Source of the DNA: Ignavibacteriales bacterium
GTDB lineage: Bacteria; Bacteroidota; Ignavibacteria; UBA10030; SZUA-254
Direction of reading: 5' to 3'
DNA length: 64,000 bases
Assembly: GCA_016218025.1 (NCBI GenBank)
Contig: JACRFD010000044.1
Location: 4,073-68,072, forward strand
The translations under genes and the position numbers were made by a program. The stretch's first letter is position 1, and every line of letters begins with the position of its first letter. Under the pieces are notes generated by a model. The model was not told the origin of the DNA. It was given only the letters and a program-made list of their open reading frames with translations, and did no database searches. Of the stretch, positions 50,721 through 59,813 are shown piece by piece.

Positions 50721-52538
50721 ATGGCATCCATAACAGAATATTCAACAGTGATCGAAATGTTCAATAAGATCACAGAAAAATTTCGGAACGATATACGGCC
50801 GATGTTGATGCACAAAATTGAGGGGAAATATGTTAATATTTCTTTCAAAGATGTATCGGAGGCTGTGGAAATTTTTGCGCTCGGATTGGCTGCGATTGGA
50901 ATTAAAAGAGGTGACCATGTTGCAATTATTTCTGAAAACAGGCCAGAATGGGTTATTGCCGATATGGCGATAATGAAGCTTGGTGCTGTAAATATCTCCA
51001 TTTATCCCACATTAACGCCAAAACAAGTTGAATTTATACTTAATGACGCGGAAGTAAAAGTCGCAATTGCTTCTAACCAGCTTCAATTGAATAAAATAAT
51101 AAAGATTTTTAACGATGTTCCTACTCTGAAGCGTGCTGTAGTTCTTTCAGACAAAGTTATCACACAGGAAAAAAGGGTGATGAATTATTCACTTGTGATG
51201 GAGATGGGGAAGGAGTTTGGAAATTTATATCCCGGTTATGTAAAACAGGAAGAAAATAAGATTAAACCAGAAGATCTAATGACTTTAATCTATACCTCCG
51301 GCACCACAGGAAATCCCAAGGGGGTGATGCTGACACATCATAATCTTGTAAGCAATATGAAAGCTGCAGCATCTGTAATTCATTTTGGGAGTGAAGATAT
51401 AATTCTATCGTTCTTACCACTTTCTCATTCATATGAACGATTAGCTGGCTATTATACCGCAATGTCGTGTGGTTCAACAATTGCCTATGCCGAAAGTATA
51501 GATACTTTGCGTGATAACTTACTCGAAGTTAAACCAACGGTGGTGACCACAGTACCACGATTGTTCGAGAGATTGTATAATCGGATAATGAAACAAATGA
51601 GTGAAGAATCGAAATTGAAACAAAAAATTTTCAATTGGGCTATTAATATTGGAAAAACATACAGGTATGCCAAGAAAAATAATGTTTCAGTCGGGTCATT
51701 ATCGCTCCAGCATAGAATTGCAGACAAACTAGTCTTTAAAAAAATCAGAGAGCGTACCGGCGGCAGGATAAAATTTTTCGCTTCGGGGGGTGCGGCGCTT
51801 GCACCGGAGCTTGGAGAATTCTTCGATGCTATCGGAATAACCGTAATAGAAGGTTATGGTATGACTGAATCATCACCGGTGATATCGGTAAATTTATTGG
51901 AGAATTATAAATTTGGGACGGTTGGTCCGCCGCTGCCAGGTGTTCAGGTGAAAATTGCTGATGACGGTGAAATCCTTGCAAAGGGACCCAATGTAATGGT
52001 AGGATATTGGAAAAATCCTGAAGCAACACGTGAGGCGATCGATGATGAAGGATGGCTGCATACGGGTGATATTGGTCATTTAGATTCAGATGGATATCTT
52101 AAAATAACAGATCGTAAGAAACATTTATTCGTAAGCTCAGGTGGAAAAAATATTGCACCCCAGCATATTGAAGGATTGTTTTTGCAAAGTTCTTACGTTG
52201 AACAAGTTGTTTTAATAGGCGACGGAAGAATGTATTTAACTGCACTTGTAGTTCCAAGTTTTGATATGCTCAGGGATTATGCTAAGAAGCATCATCTAAA
52301 ATTAACTTCAAATGAAGATTTAGCGAACCACCCCGATATTTATAAAATGTTTGAAGGTGAAATAGCAAAGTTCCAAAAAGATCTTGCAAACTACGAGAAG
52401 GTTAGAAAATTTACAATTTTAAGTGAACCACTTACTATCGAAAACGATGAACTCACCCCTACAATGAAAGTTAAAAGGCGTGTGGTTGAAGCAAAATTCA
52501 GAGACCTTATCGAAAAAATGTACGCCGATGTAGTCTAG
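50721..52538 (+). CDS. Long-chain fatty acid--CoA ligase
   Basis: YTSGTTGNPKG, EGYGMTE, WLHTGDIG, LTPTMKVKR. Confidence 0.94.
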   Translation: MASITEYSTVIEMFNKITEKFRNDIRPMLMHKIEGKYVNISFKDVSEAVEIFALGLAAIGIKRGDHVAIISENRPEWVIADMAIMKLGAVNISIYPTLTPKQVEFILNDAEVKVAIASNQLQLNKIIKIFNDVPTLKRAVVLSDKVITQEKRVMNYSLVMEMGKEFGNLYPGYVKQEENKIKPEDLMTLIYTSGTTGNPKGVMLTHHNLVSNMKAAASVIHFGSEDIILSFLPLSHSYERLAGYYTAMSCGSTIAYAESIDTLRDNLLEVKPTVVTTVPRLFERLYNRIMKQMSEESKLKQKIFNWAINIGKTYRYAKKNNVSVGSLSLQHRIADKLVFKKIRERTGGRIKFFASGGAALAPELGEFFDAIGITVIEGYGMTESSPVISVNLLENYKFGTVGPPLPGVQVKIADDGEILAKGPNVMVGYWKNPEATREAIDDEGWLHTGDIGHLDSDGYLKITDRKKHLFVSSGGKNIAPQHIEGLFLQSSYVEQVVLIGDGRMYLTALVVPSFDMLRDYAKKHHLKLTSNEDLANHPDIYKMFEGEIAKFQKDLANYEKVRKFTILSEPLTIENDELTPTMKVKRRVVEAKFRDLIEKMYADVV

Positions 52539-52560
52539 TGGCACTAAACATAACTGCCGG

Positions 52561-53298
52561 ATGAAGTCAAAAAGCAAAACCAACAAAGTCAGCTTGGCAA
52601 GGGTTTTATCAAAACTCGGTTACTCATCTCGATCACAAGCTGAAGAAATGATTTTACAAGGGAAAGTCTCTGTCAATGATGTCATTATAAATAATCCAGC
52701 GTATCGTTGTGAAATCAGTATCGACAAAATATCTGTCGATGGAAGGAATCTTCAAAAAAAATCATTCATTTACATCATAATGAACAAGCCGTTAGATGTT
52801 ATTACCACCCGGTCAGATGAAAAAAAAAGGAAAACGGTCTATGATATTATAGGTAAAATAGATTCTTGGATTTTTCCGGTAGGCAGGCTTGATAAAGATA
52901 CGACGGGATTAATTTTATTAACAAATGACAATGGACTTGGTGAACGACTTACAAATCCTATATCGAAGATTCCTAAAACATATTATGTGAAGGTGGATAA
53001 GCCAATATCAGAGAATGATATTAATGCTTTGGAAAATGGCATCATGATTGGTGAGGAAATGTTTTTACCTTCAAAAGTGAAAGTCATAAATAAATATGAA
53101 ATCGAGTTGACTATAATTGAAGGAAAAAATCGACAAGTCAGGCGGATGCTGGAAGCTTTAGGATATGAAATAATATCGTTAAGCCGGACCGCAATTGGAA
53201 AGCTAACGCTTCCCCGATTAAAAACCGGGGAATGGCGGTATTTGACAAAAAAAGAAATTGAACTCATCAAATCCAAAATCCCCAATTCCAAATCCTAA
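52561..53298 (+). CDS. rRNA pseudouridine synthase (RsuA/RluB family)
   Basis: S4 domain, GRLDKDTTG, EGKNRQVRRM. Confidence 0.93.
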   Translation: MKSKSKTNKVSLARVLSKLGYSSRSQAEEMILQGKVSVNDVIINNPAYRCEISIDKISVDGRNLQKKSFIYIIMNKPLDVITTRSDEKKRKTVYDIIGKIDSWIFPVGRLDKDTTGLILLTNDNGLGERLTNPISKIPKTYYVKVDKPISENDINALENGIMIGEEMFLPSKVKVINKYEIELTIIEGKNRQVRRMLEALGYEIISLSRTAIGKLTLPRLKTGEWRYLTKKEIELIKSKIPNSKS

Positions 53299-53376
53299 AT
53301 CCTAAATCCTAAATCCTAAATACTAAATTATAATCAACCTGACAACTCATAATTCATCCTTCATCCTTTATCCTTA
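53269..53376. repeat. Heptamer tandem repeats
   Basis: (AAATCCT)x4 at 53290-53317 with degenerate flanking copies, then aattcat/ccttcat/cctttat units. Confidence 0.85.
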
Positions 53377-53380
53377 ATTT

Positions 53381-53845
53381 ATGTCAATCATTAGCAGTTC
53401 AATTGTTGAGCTTTGTGTTTTTAAAATTGAAAACAACAAAGCGTATTTTCTTTTGCTTCACAGAACAAAAGAGGAAAAGGTATATCCAGATCTGTGGCAA
53501 TTTGTTACCGGTTCGATAGAGAAAAATGAAAAAGCTGCCGATGCTGCGCTCCGTGAGCTAAAAGAAGAAACAGGATTATTGGCAAAGTCCTTCTGGGTTG
53601 TTCCATATGTTTTATCGTTCTACAATGCAGAGTGGGATTCGGTTAATCTTTGTCCATTTTTTGCTGCTGAAGTTGATCAATCTGCAGCAATAACCCTTTC
53701 CGATGAGCATGATGATTATGTTTGGTTCGAATATGATGCTGCGATCGACCAGTTAGTCTGGCCCAGTTGGAAAGAGGGATTACGGATAGTTCATGAATTT
53801 ATCATTAATCAGTCCAAATCCGGGAACATGCACAAACTATTTTGA
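53381..53845 (+). CDS. NUDIX hydrolase (NudB-like)
   Basis: WQFVTGSIE..AALRELKEETG, LSDEH. Confidence 0.88.
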   Translation: MSIISSSIVELCVFKIENNKAYFLLLHRTKEEKVYPDLWQFVTGSIEKNEKAADAALRELKEETGLLAKSFWVVPYVLSFYNAEWDSVNLCPFFAAEVDQSAAITLSDEHDDYVWFEYDAAIDQLVWPSWKEGLRIVHEFIINQSKSGNMHKLF

Positions 53846-53934
53846 TTTAAATCGAATCTTTAATGTCAACCTTCCGTTTAAATAATTGTCTAATGTTAAA
53901 ATCGAATTGATAAACAATCAGAAGGATTGATGTT

Positions 53935-54939
53935 ATGAAAACGAAACTTGTTTTATTGCTGATGCTTGTTTTGGCAATTGGCGCGGTTTCAGAAGGTGCC
54001 GGCGCTCAAATCAAGAAGAAAGTAATTAAAATCGAGAATAAAGGGAAGCAAGGTTACCTTGGAGTTGAAATCCAGGATGTAACAAAAAAAATGAAAGAAA
54101 AAAAAGACCTTCCTGTGGATCGAGGAGCTTATGTTCAAAACGTTGTAGAGGATAGTCCAGCGGAAGAAGCCGGTTTGGAAAATGGTGACGTGATTGTAAA
54201 GTTCGGGGATGAAGCAGTAGATGATGGTGAGGAATTAACTGCTGCTGTAAGGAAAACAAAACCTAAGACTGAAATGAAAATAGAATTATACAGAAAAGGT
54301 GAGAAGAAAACAGTTCCGGTGATTGTTGGAAAAATGAAAACACCGCAAGCTTACTCGTTTAATTTAAATGATGATGGGGCTGAGTGGTTTAGTGCTCATC
54401 CCAAAGTGCCAAAACTATCAAAAGATTTAAACATTAGAATATTTTCAAACAAGGAAATGCAAGGACTCCAATTGCAATCTTTAACAAAGCAATTGGGTGA
54501 ATATTTCGGTGCGCCTGGCGGAAGAGGTGTATTGATCTCCGAGGTTGAAAAAGGAAGCGATGCAGAGAAAGCAGGTTTCAAAGCAGGGGACGTGGTTATA
54601 AAAGCAAACGACCGAACTATAGATGATATGGATGAACTTAATGAAGAAGTTACAGATATGGGAGGGAAAGAAATCTCATTCGAAATTATCCGCAACGGAA
54701 AAGCTGCTCAATTAAAAATGAAGATCGAAGAAGAGGATGATGACTCCGATGATGAGTGGTCTGATAATTCGATAATTTTCAACTCTCCGGGTTGTAATCA
54801 ATCGGCATGTTTTAATTTACACTTGAATAAGAATAATATGATTCACTTACGCGAAAAGTTAGCCGATTTAAAAGAAGAAATCCGCCATAACGTTAGGAAT
54901 TTTAAAAAGAGGTTGAATCTAAAAGTTGAAGAGATGTAA
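53935..54939 (+). CDS. Exported protein with two PDZ domains
   Basis: Signal peptide; GYLGV..SPAEEAGLENGDVI and SDAEKAGFKAGDVV. Confidence 0.88.
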   Translation: MKTKLVLLLMLVLAIGAVSEGAGAQIKKKVIKIENKGKQGYLGVEIQDVTKKMKEKKDLPVDRGAYVQNVVEDSPAEEAGLENGDVIVKFGDEAVDDGEELTAAVRKTKPKTEMKIELYRKGEKKTVPVIVGKMKTPQAYSFNLNDDGAEWFSAHPKVPKLSKDLNIRIFSNKEMQGLQLQSLTKQLGEYFGAPGGRGVLISEVEKGSDAEKAGFKAGDVVIKANDRTIDDMDELNEEVTDMGGKEISFEIIRNGKAAQLKMKIEEEDDDSDDEWSDNSIIFNSPGCNQSACFNLHLNKNNMIHLREKLADLKEEIRHNVRNFKKRLNLKVEEM

Positions 54940-55111
54940 TCTTTAGAAAAAGTGGGACTGAATATTGAAGTACAAATTTGTCCGGTAAATCGGACAAGTT
55001 TGTACTTTTTATTTATATTGTTATATTTTAAATACAAATAACCCGCAGATCTGTTCTCTTTCATAAAGTGTGAGCCGATCTCGAACATATACTATATTCG
55101 GTTTAACTTTA

Positions 55112-56506
55112 ATGAAATATTACATATTTCCGGTTTTACTTTGTTCAATTTTATTCTTTTCTTTTTTAACCTTTTCTCAAACCTCTCCACAATCATCAAC
55201 AAAGCCGTACGAAGATGATGCAAGGAAAATCATATCGGAAGGATTACAATCTTGCAAAGCATATTCAATGCTTCAGGATTTATGTTTGAATGTAGGTTCG
55301 CGTTTGGTTGGTTCACCTGCTGCTGAGAAAGCTGTAAATTGGGGAAAGGAATTGATGTTAAAATTAGGATTTCAAAATGTGCATACCGAGGTTTGCACAG
55401 TGCCGCATTGGGTCAGAGGCGATGTAGAAAAGGGGTCGATTATTAATTCCTCTGGAAAACTGATTCCGATAAATATTTGCGCACTTGGCGGAAGCATCGG
55501 AACAACTGAGAATGGAATCGAAGCAGAAGTACTCGAAGTGAAATCATTTGATGAATTACAATCTTTGAAAGATGAAGCACGTGGAAAGATTATCTTTTTC
55601 AATCGTGCAATGGATAAAAGTAAAATAAATTCCGGCGAGGCATATGGTGGTGCGGTAAATCAGCGTGGAAGCGGTGCGGTTGAAGCGGCAAAAGTTGGCG
55701 GTGTGGCAGCGCTTGTTCGTTCTATGACAATGCAATTAGATAATGTACCGCATACAGGCTCAATGCACTATGTGGATACAATTCCAAAAGTACCCGCTGC
55801 AGCAATAAGCACTGTGGGTGCGAATATGCTGGATAGTTTATTGTCTATTGACAAAAATCTGAAAGTAAAAATTCAACTCTCTTGTCAAACTTTACCGGAT
55901 GTTGAATCGGCAAATGTGATTGGTGAAATAAAGGGAAGTGAAAAACCTGAAGAAGTAATTGTTATCGGGTGTCATCTTGATAGCTGGGATAAAGGCCACG
56001 GCGCTCATGATGATGGTGCAGGGACTGTCCATGTAATTGAAGCATTACGGCTTATAAAAGATCTAGGGCTAAAACCGAAGCGGACAATCCGTGCAGTATT
56101 ATTCATGAATGAAGAATTCGGATTGAACGGTGGAATCGCCTACGCTAAAAAAGATCGTCCGGGTGAGAAACATATTTGTGCTATCGAGACAGATGCAGGC
56201 GGATTCACCCCGCGCGGTTTCGGTGTTGGTGCTGATTCGATTACGTTTCCTAAATTTTCTAAATGGTCGTATCTGCTTGATCCGATAGATGCCGGACGCA
56301 TAACACGCGGTGGTGGGGGTGCCGATATTTCTGAGTTGGCAAAACTTGGCGTGGTTACAATCGGTTTGAGAGTGGATGGACAGCGTTATTTCGATTATCA
56401 TCATTCCGATAACGACACTTTCGATAAAGTTCATCCACGCGAGTTGGAACTTGGCGCTGTTGCAATTGCAATTTTTAGCTATGTGATTGCACAAGAAGGT
56501 ATATGA
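55112..56506 (+). CDS. M28 family peptidase (carboxypeptidase Q-like)
   Basis: HLDSWD, GAHDDG, NEEFG, YHHS; signal peptide. Confidence 0.92.
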   Translation: MKYYIFPVLLCSILFFSFLTFSQTSPQSSTKPYEDDARKIISEGLQSCKAYSMLQDLCLNVGSRLVGSPAAEKAVNWGKELMLKLGFQNVHTEVCTVPHWVRGDVEKGSIINSSGKLIPINICALGGSIGTTENGIEAEVLEVKSFDELQSLKDEARGKIIFFNRAMDKSKINSGEAYGGAVNQRGSGAVEAAKVGGVAALVRSMTMQLDNVPHTGSMHYVDTIPKVPAAAISTVGANMLDSLLSIDKNLKVKIQLSCQTLPDVESANVIGEIKGSEKPEEVIVIGCHLDSWDKGHGAHDDGAGTVHVIEALRLIKDLGLKPKRTIRAVLFMNEEFGLNGGIAYAKKDRPGEKHICAIETDAGGFTPRGFGVGADSITFPKFSKWSYLLDPIDAGRITRGGGGADISELAKLGVVTIGLRVDGQRYFDYHHSDNDTFDKVHPRELELGAVAIAIFSYVIAQEGI

Positions 56507-56548
56507 AATTCTTTATTAAAATAATTCACTAAATAAAGTGAGGTCCGC

Positions 56549-58159
56549 ATGAAATATTTTTGTTACATCTTAGTTTTAATAGTTCTTCTTTTCAATCTGC
56601 TGCCTGCGCAATTTGTGCAGGAGAAATTCGATTCAGCCGCTGTTGCTCAGATCAGGGACGAAGGAATGAATCGTTCTAAGGTGATGGAATATTTGAGTTA
56701 TCTAACCGATGTTTACGGTCCACGACTTACAGGTTCACCGGCTTACATGGAGGCAGCAAAGTGGACAAAAAATCAATTGACCTCCATTGGATTAGAAAAC
56801 GCTCACCTCGAAGCATGGGGACCATGGGGTAAGGGATGGACTTTGAAAAATTATTCCGCCACTATTTTTGGTAGACAAAATTTTCCACTTATTTCATATC
56901 CAAAAGCATGGTCGCCTGCTCTGAGCGAAGTTGCCGCAGATTTAGTTTTGTTTGATGCTAAAACCGATAGTGCAATAAATACGTTCAAAGGGAAATTAAA
57001 AGGTAAGTTTGTTATGTTGAGCGATCAACGTGAATTATCGCCACCTTTTGATCCGTATGCCGAGCGTGATGCAGATTCAAGCTTGTTAAAGCTTGCAAAT
57101 TCAGACGGACAGCGTCGCGGAGGTAGAAGATTTGAAATGACTCCTGAGGTGAAACAACGCCAAATGATTTCTTTCAAAAAAATGCAGCTATGTTTTGATG
57201 AAGGTGCAAAGGCAATCCTTACAATCAGTCAGGGCGATGGCGGAAATGTATTTGTCGGTGCGGCTTCATATCCTCAGCATCCCGATTCCGGCTGGTCAAG
57301 CGGAGCAAAAGTGTACGACATTAAAGCTCCAAAATTAATTCCACAAATTTCTGTCGGAACTGAACATTATAACCGTCTTGTTCGCATGATTCAAAAAGAT
57401 GAGAAACCCAAATTAGAATTAGAGATAGAAGCTGAGTTCAACAAGGCAGATTCCGGCTACAATATTATCGCGGAAATTCCTGGAACTGATTTAAAAGATG
57501 AAATCGTAATGATCGGCGGTCACTTCGATTCATGGCATGGCGGTACCGGCGCTGCTGATAATGCTACTGGTTCTTCGGTTGCGATGGAAGCAATGCGCAT
57601 AATAAAAACTCTCAACCTAAAACCACGGCGAACTATTCGTATCGGGCTTTGGGATGCAGAAGAACATGGTTTTCTTGGATCAAGAGGTTATATCAACAAA
57701 CATTTTGCCGAACGTGAAGGTGGTTCATCTAATTCGGATGGAAAGATAATTTATAAGCCGGAGGGAGAAAAATTTTCGGTCTATTTCAACGATGATAACG
57801 GTGCCGGAAAATTTCGCGGTATTTATTTGCAGGGCAATGAAGCATGCAGAACAATATTCAGATCATGGCTGAAACCGTTTAATGATTTGGGTGCATCAAC
57901 TATCACGGTTGCTAACACCGGTGGGACAGATCATCAGGCGTTTGATGGATATGGATTGCCTGGATTCCAGTTCATTCAGGATGAACTCGATTACGGTTCA
58001 CGTGTACACCATGCAACAATGGATCTTTACGACCGTTGTCCACCTGAAGATATGAAACAGGCGGCAGTCATCATGGCGGCATTTGCTTATAATGCGGCAA
58101 TGAGGGATGAAAAGATACCACGCAAGACATTGCCGGTCGGTCAAGCGGCAGGTAGATGA
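56549..58159 (+). CDS. M28 family peptidase
   Basis: HFDSWH, GAADN, AEEHG, GGTDH, HH; signal peptide. Confidence 0.92.
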   Translation: MKYFCYILVLIVLLFNLLPAQFVQEKFDSAAVAQIRDEGMNRSKVMEYLSYLTDVYGPRLTGSPAYMEAAKWTKNQLTSIGLENAHLEAWGPWGKGWTLKNYSATIFGRQNFPLISYPKAWSPALSEVAADLVLFDAKTDSAINTFKGKLKGKFVMLSDQRELSPPFDPYAERDADSSLLKLANSDGQRRGGRRFEMTPEVKQRQMISFKKMQLCFDEGAKAILTISQGDGGNVFVGAASYPQHPDSGWSSGAKVYDIKAPKLIPQISVGTEHYNRLVRMIQKDEKPKLELEIEAEFNKADSGYNIIAEIPGTDLKDEIVMIGGHFDSWHGGTGAADNATGSSVAMEAMRIIKTLNLKPRRTIRIGLWDAEEHGFLGSRGYINKHFAEREGGSSNSDGKIIYKPEGEKFSVYFNDDNGAGKFRGIYLQGNEACRTIFRSWLKPFNDLGASTITVANTGGTDHQAFDGYGLPGFQFIQDELDYGSRVHHATMDLYDRCPPEDMKQAAVIMAAFAYNAAMRDEKIPRKTLPVGQAAGR

Positions 58160-58180
58160 GAAGACTAACGATTAAATTTT

Positions 58181-59068
58181 TTATTCAAGACTTTTTCTAA
58201 TCTTGAATATGCAATTATAAGATTCAGGATTTAAATTGGATAATGCTTTTGGCAAAATTTCTTTGGCAGTAATAATATATTCGCCTGCTGAATCAGCATA
58301 AAATTTTCTATCGATAATGAATCGCAAAGTGTCAGAATTCACATCTGACATTTTGCATTTTATCCCCGATGCAATCGGAATGACCTTGCTTGAAGGAGTT
58401 GTTAACGTAATATTGTATAAAATTGAATCGATCTCTGTATGCGGAAGGTACAACAAGACAGATAATCCGCTCGCTAATGAATCGTTGATAACAGTCGGAT
58501 AGAAAGCAGTGCTTTCACTCCTCGTTTGATACTGATATTTTAGAATTAAATTCACGTAGCGATTTTCGGATGTATCACTTTTTCTATCTATTTCGAAATC
58601 AAGAGTTGCTGTCATTATTAAAAATAGTATCACTGCTGCTGCGGCAAAAATATCGAAATAACGGTGATGAATATGATGCTCTCTAATTTGAATGTCATGA
58701 TGCTCGTGAGGATTTTCATCTATCAAGTTTTGATTTGATTCGATATCCAGATATGTAGCCCGGATAATTTTAATATCTTCTTTGCATGAACTGCATCCGC
58801 TAATGTGAGATTCAATATTTTGCAGCTCTTTAAGATTTTTCGAATATGCGTTCTCGACGTGTCCAATAATCTGATCGGAACTCAAATGGTTCTCATCAAG
58901 ACTTATCGCTCGGTTATCTAATGTATACTTTATCTTCTTCCAGAATAAATAATTTTCTTTTAATTCATCTGAAATTGAGATAGCATTTTTCACTATTTCG
59001 TGTTCCTCTTTAGATAATGTCCCTGCCACATAAAAAGGGATCAATTTTTTTATTTCCTGTTTTTCCAT
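58181..59068 (-). CDS. Membrane-spanning zinc anti-sigma factor (zf-HC2/ZAS)
   Basis: H..HISGCSSC (HxxxCxxC), single TM FDIFAAAAVILFLIMTA, C-terminal extracytoplasmic domain; directly downstream of the ECF sigma. Confidence 0.8.
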   Translation of the reverse strand: MEKQEIKKLIPFYVAGTLSKEEHEIVKNAISISDELKENYLFWKKIKYTLDNRAISLDENHLSSDQIIGHVENAYSKNLKELQNIESHISGCSSCKEDIKIIRATYLDIESNQNLIDENPHEHHDIQIREHHIHHRYFDIFAAAAVILFLIMTATLDFEIDRKSDTSENRYVNLILKYQYQTRSESTAFYPTVINDSLASGLSVLLYLPHTEIDSILYNITLTTPSSKVIPIASGIKCKMSDVNSDTLRFIIDRKFYADSAGEYIITAKEILPKALSNLNPESYNCIFKIRKSLE

Positions 59069-59081
59069 ACGTTCTAATTAT

Positions 59082-59110
59082 TAAGTCGTTTTAAAGTCGG
59101 AATAGTTTCA
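59082..59110 (-). promoter_or_regulatory. Putative ECF promoter TGAAAC-N16-CGACTTA upstream of the anti-sigma gene
   Basis: AAC -35 and CG-initial -10 architecture; matches the motif at 62976-63004. Confidence 0.6.
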
Positions 59111-59653
59111 ACTTATCCGTTTAAAAATTTTTATTGCTTCTTCTTTGCATCTATAAACACGTATTTTAATTGTTGAATCCTTGACCTGATGAATCTCAGC
59201 AATCTTTTTATAAGATAATCTGTCATAAAAAATCATTTTCCATAAATCCCTGCATTTTGAATCTATCAAATCGAAAATCCTTTCGAAAATAGATATTTCT
59301 TCTTTTTTAATAACAGTATCGATGGGGTCGTCAGGGCTAACCGGATCGATTTGAAGTCTTAATGGTTGATTTCTTCTGCGTCTCACGGCGTCGATTAAAG
59401 TGTTGCGGGTTATTTTTTGGACGTAAGCTTTGAGTGCAGATTTATTGTGGAATTGATTTGTCCGAAAATTAATCAATAGTTTATATTCGGTATCTGAACG
59501 GAGGTCGTTCGGATCAATCTGTTCGATCCAGAGGCAGCGTTGGATTATTTCATCTATCCAGCTTCGAATAAATAAAAAGCATTCTTGATTTCCTTCAAGA
59601 AAGCCATCCACGATGGCGGAATCGGTTAATACGTTTTTATCATTTTTCCACAT
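59108..59653 (-). CDS. ECF-type RNA polymerase sigma factor
   Basis: 181 aa; region 2 (LKAYVQKITRNTLIDAVRRR) and region 4 (LSYKKIAE..STIKIRVYRC). Confidence 0.9.
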   Translation of the reverse strand: MWKNDKNVLTDSAIVDGFLEGNQECFLFIRSWIDEIIQRCLWIEQIDPNDLRSDTEYKLLINFRTNQFHNKSALKAYVQKITRNTLIDAVRRRRNQPLRLQIDPVSPDDPIDTVIKKEEISIFERIFDLIDSKCRDLWKMIFYDRLSYKKIAEIHQVKDSTIKIRVYRCKEEAIKIFKRIS

Positions 59654-59667
59654 ACGAGTTACTGTTG

Positions 59668-59762
59668 AAATTACAGATTTCTGCGGAGAGAGTCAAAAAA
59701 TTAGAATAATTAAAAAGTGCCGAAAAATTGTATTTGATTTTTGAGTAAATCTGTGATATATT
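59668..59762. promoter_or_regulatory. Back-to-back sigma70-type promoters for the ECF sigma (-) and CHAT (+) genes
   Basis: Minus: TTGACT-17-TAATTT (59696-59668); plus: TTGATT-17-TATATT (59734-59762). Confidence 0.5.
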
Positions 59763-59813
59763 TTAAATAACCATTTTAGAGGGCAATCCCAATATATTTT
59801 ATCGCATGTGGTA

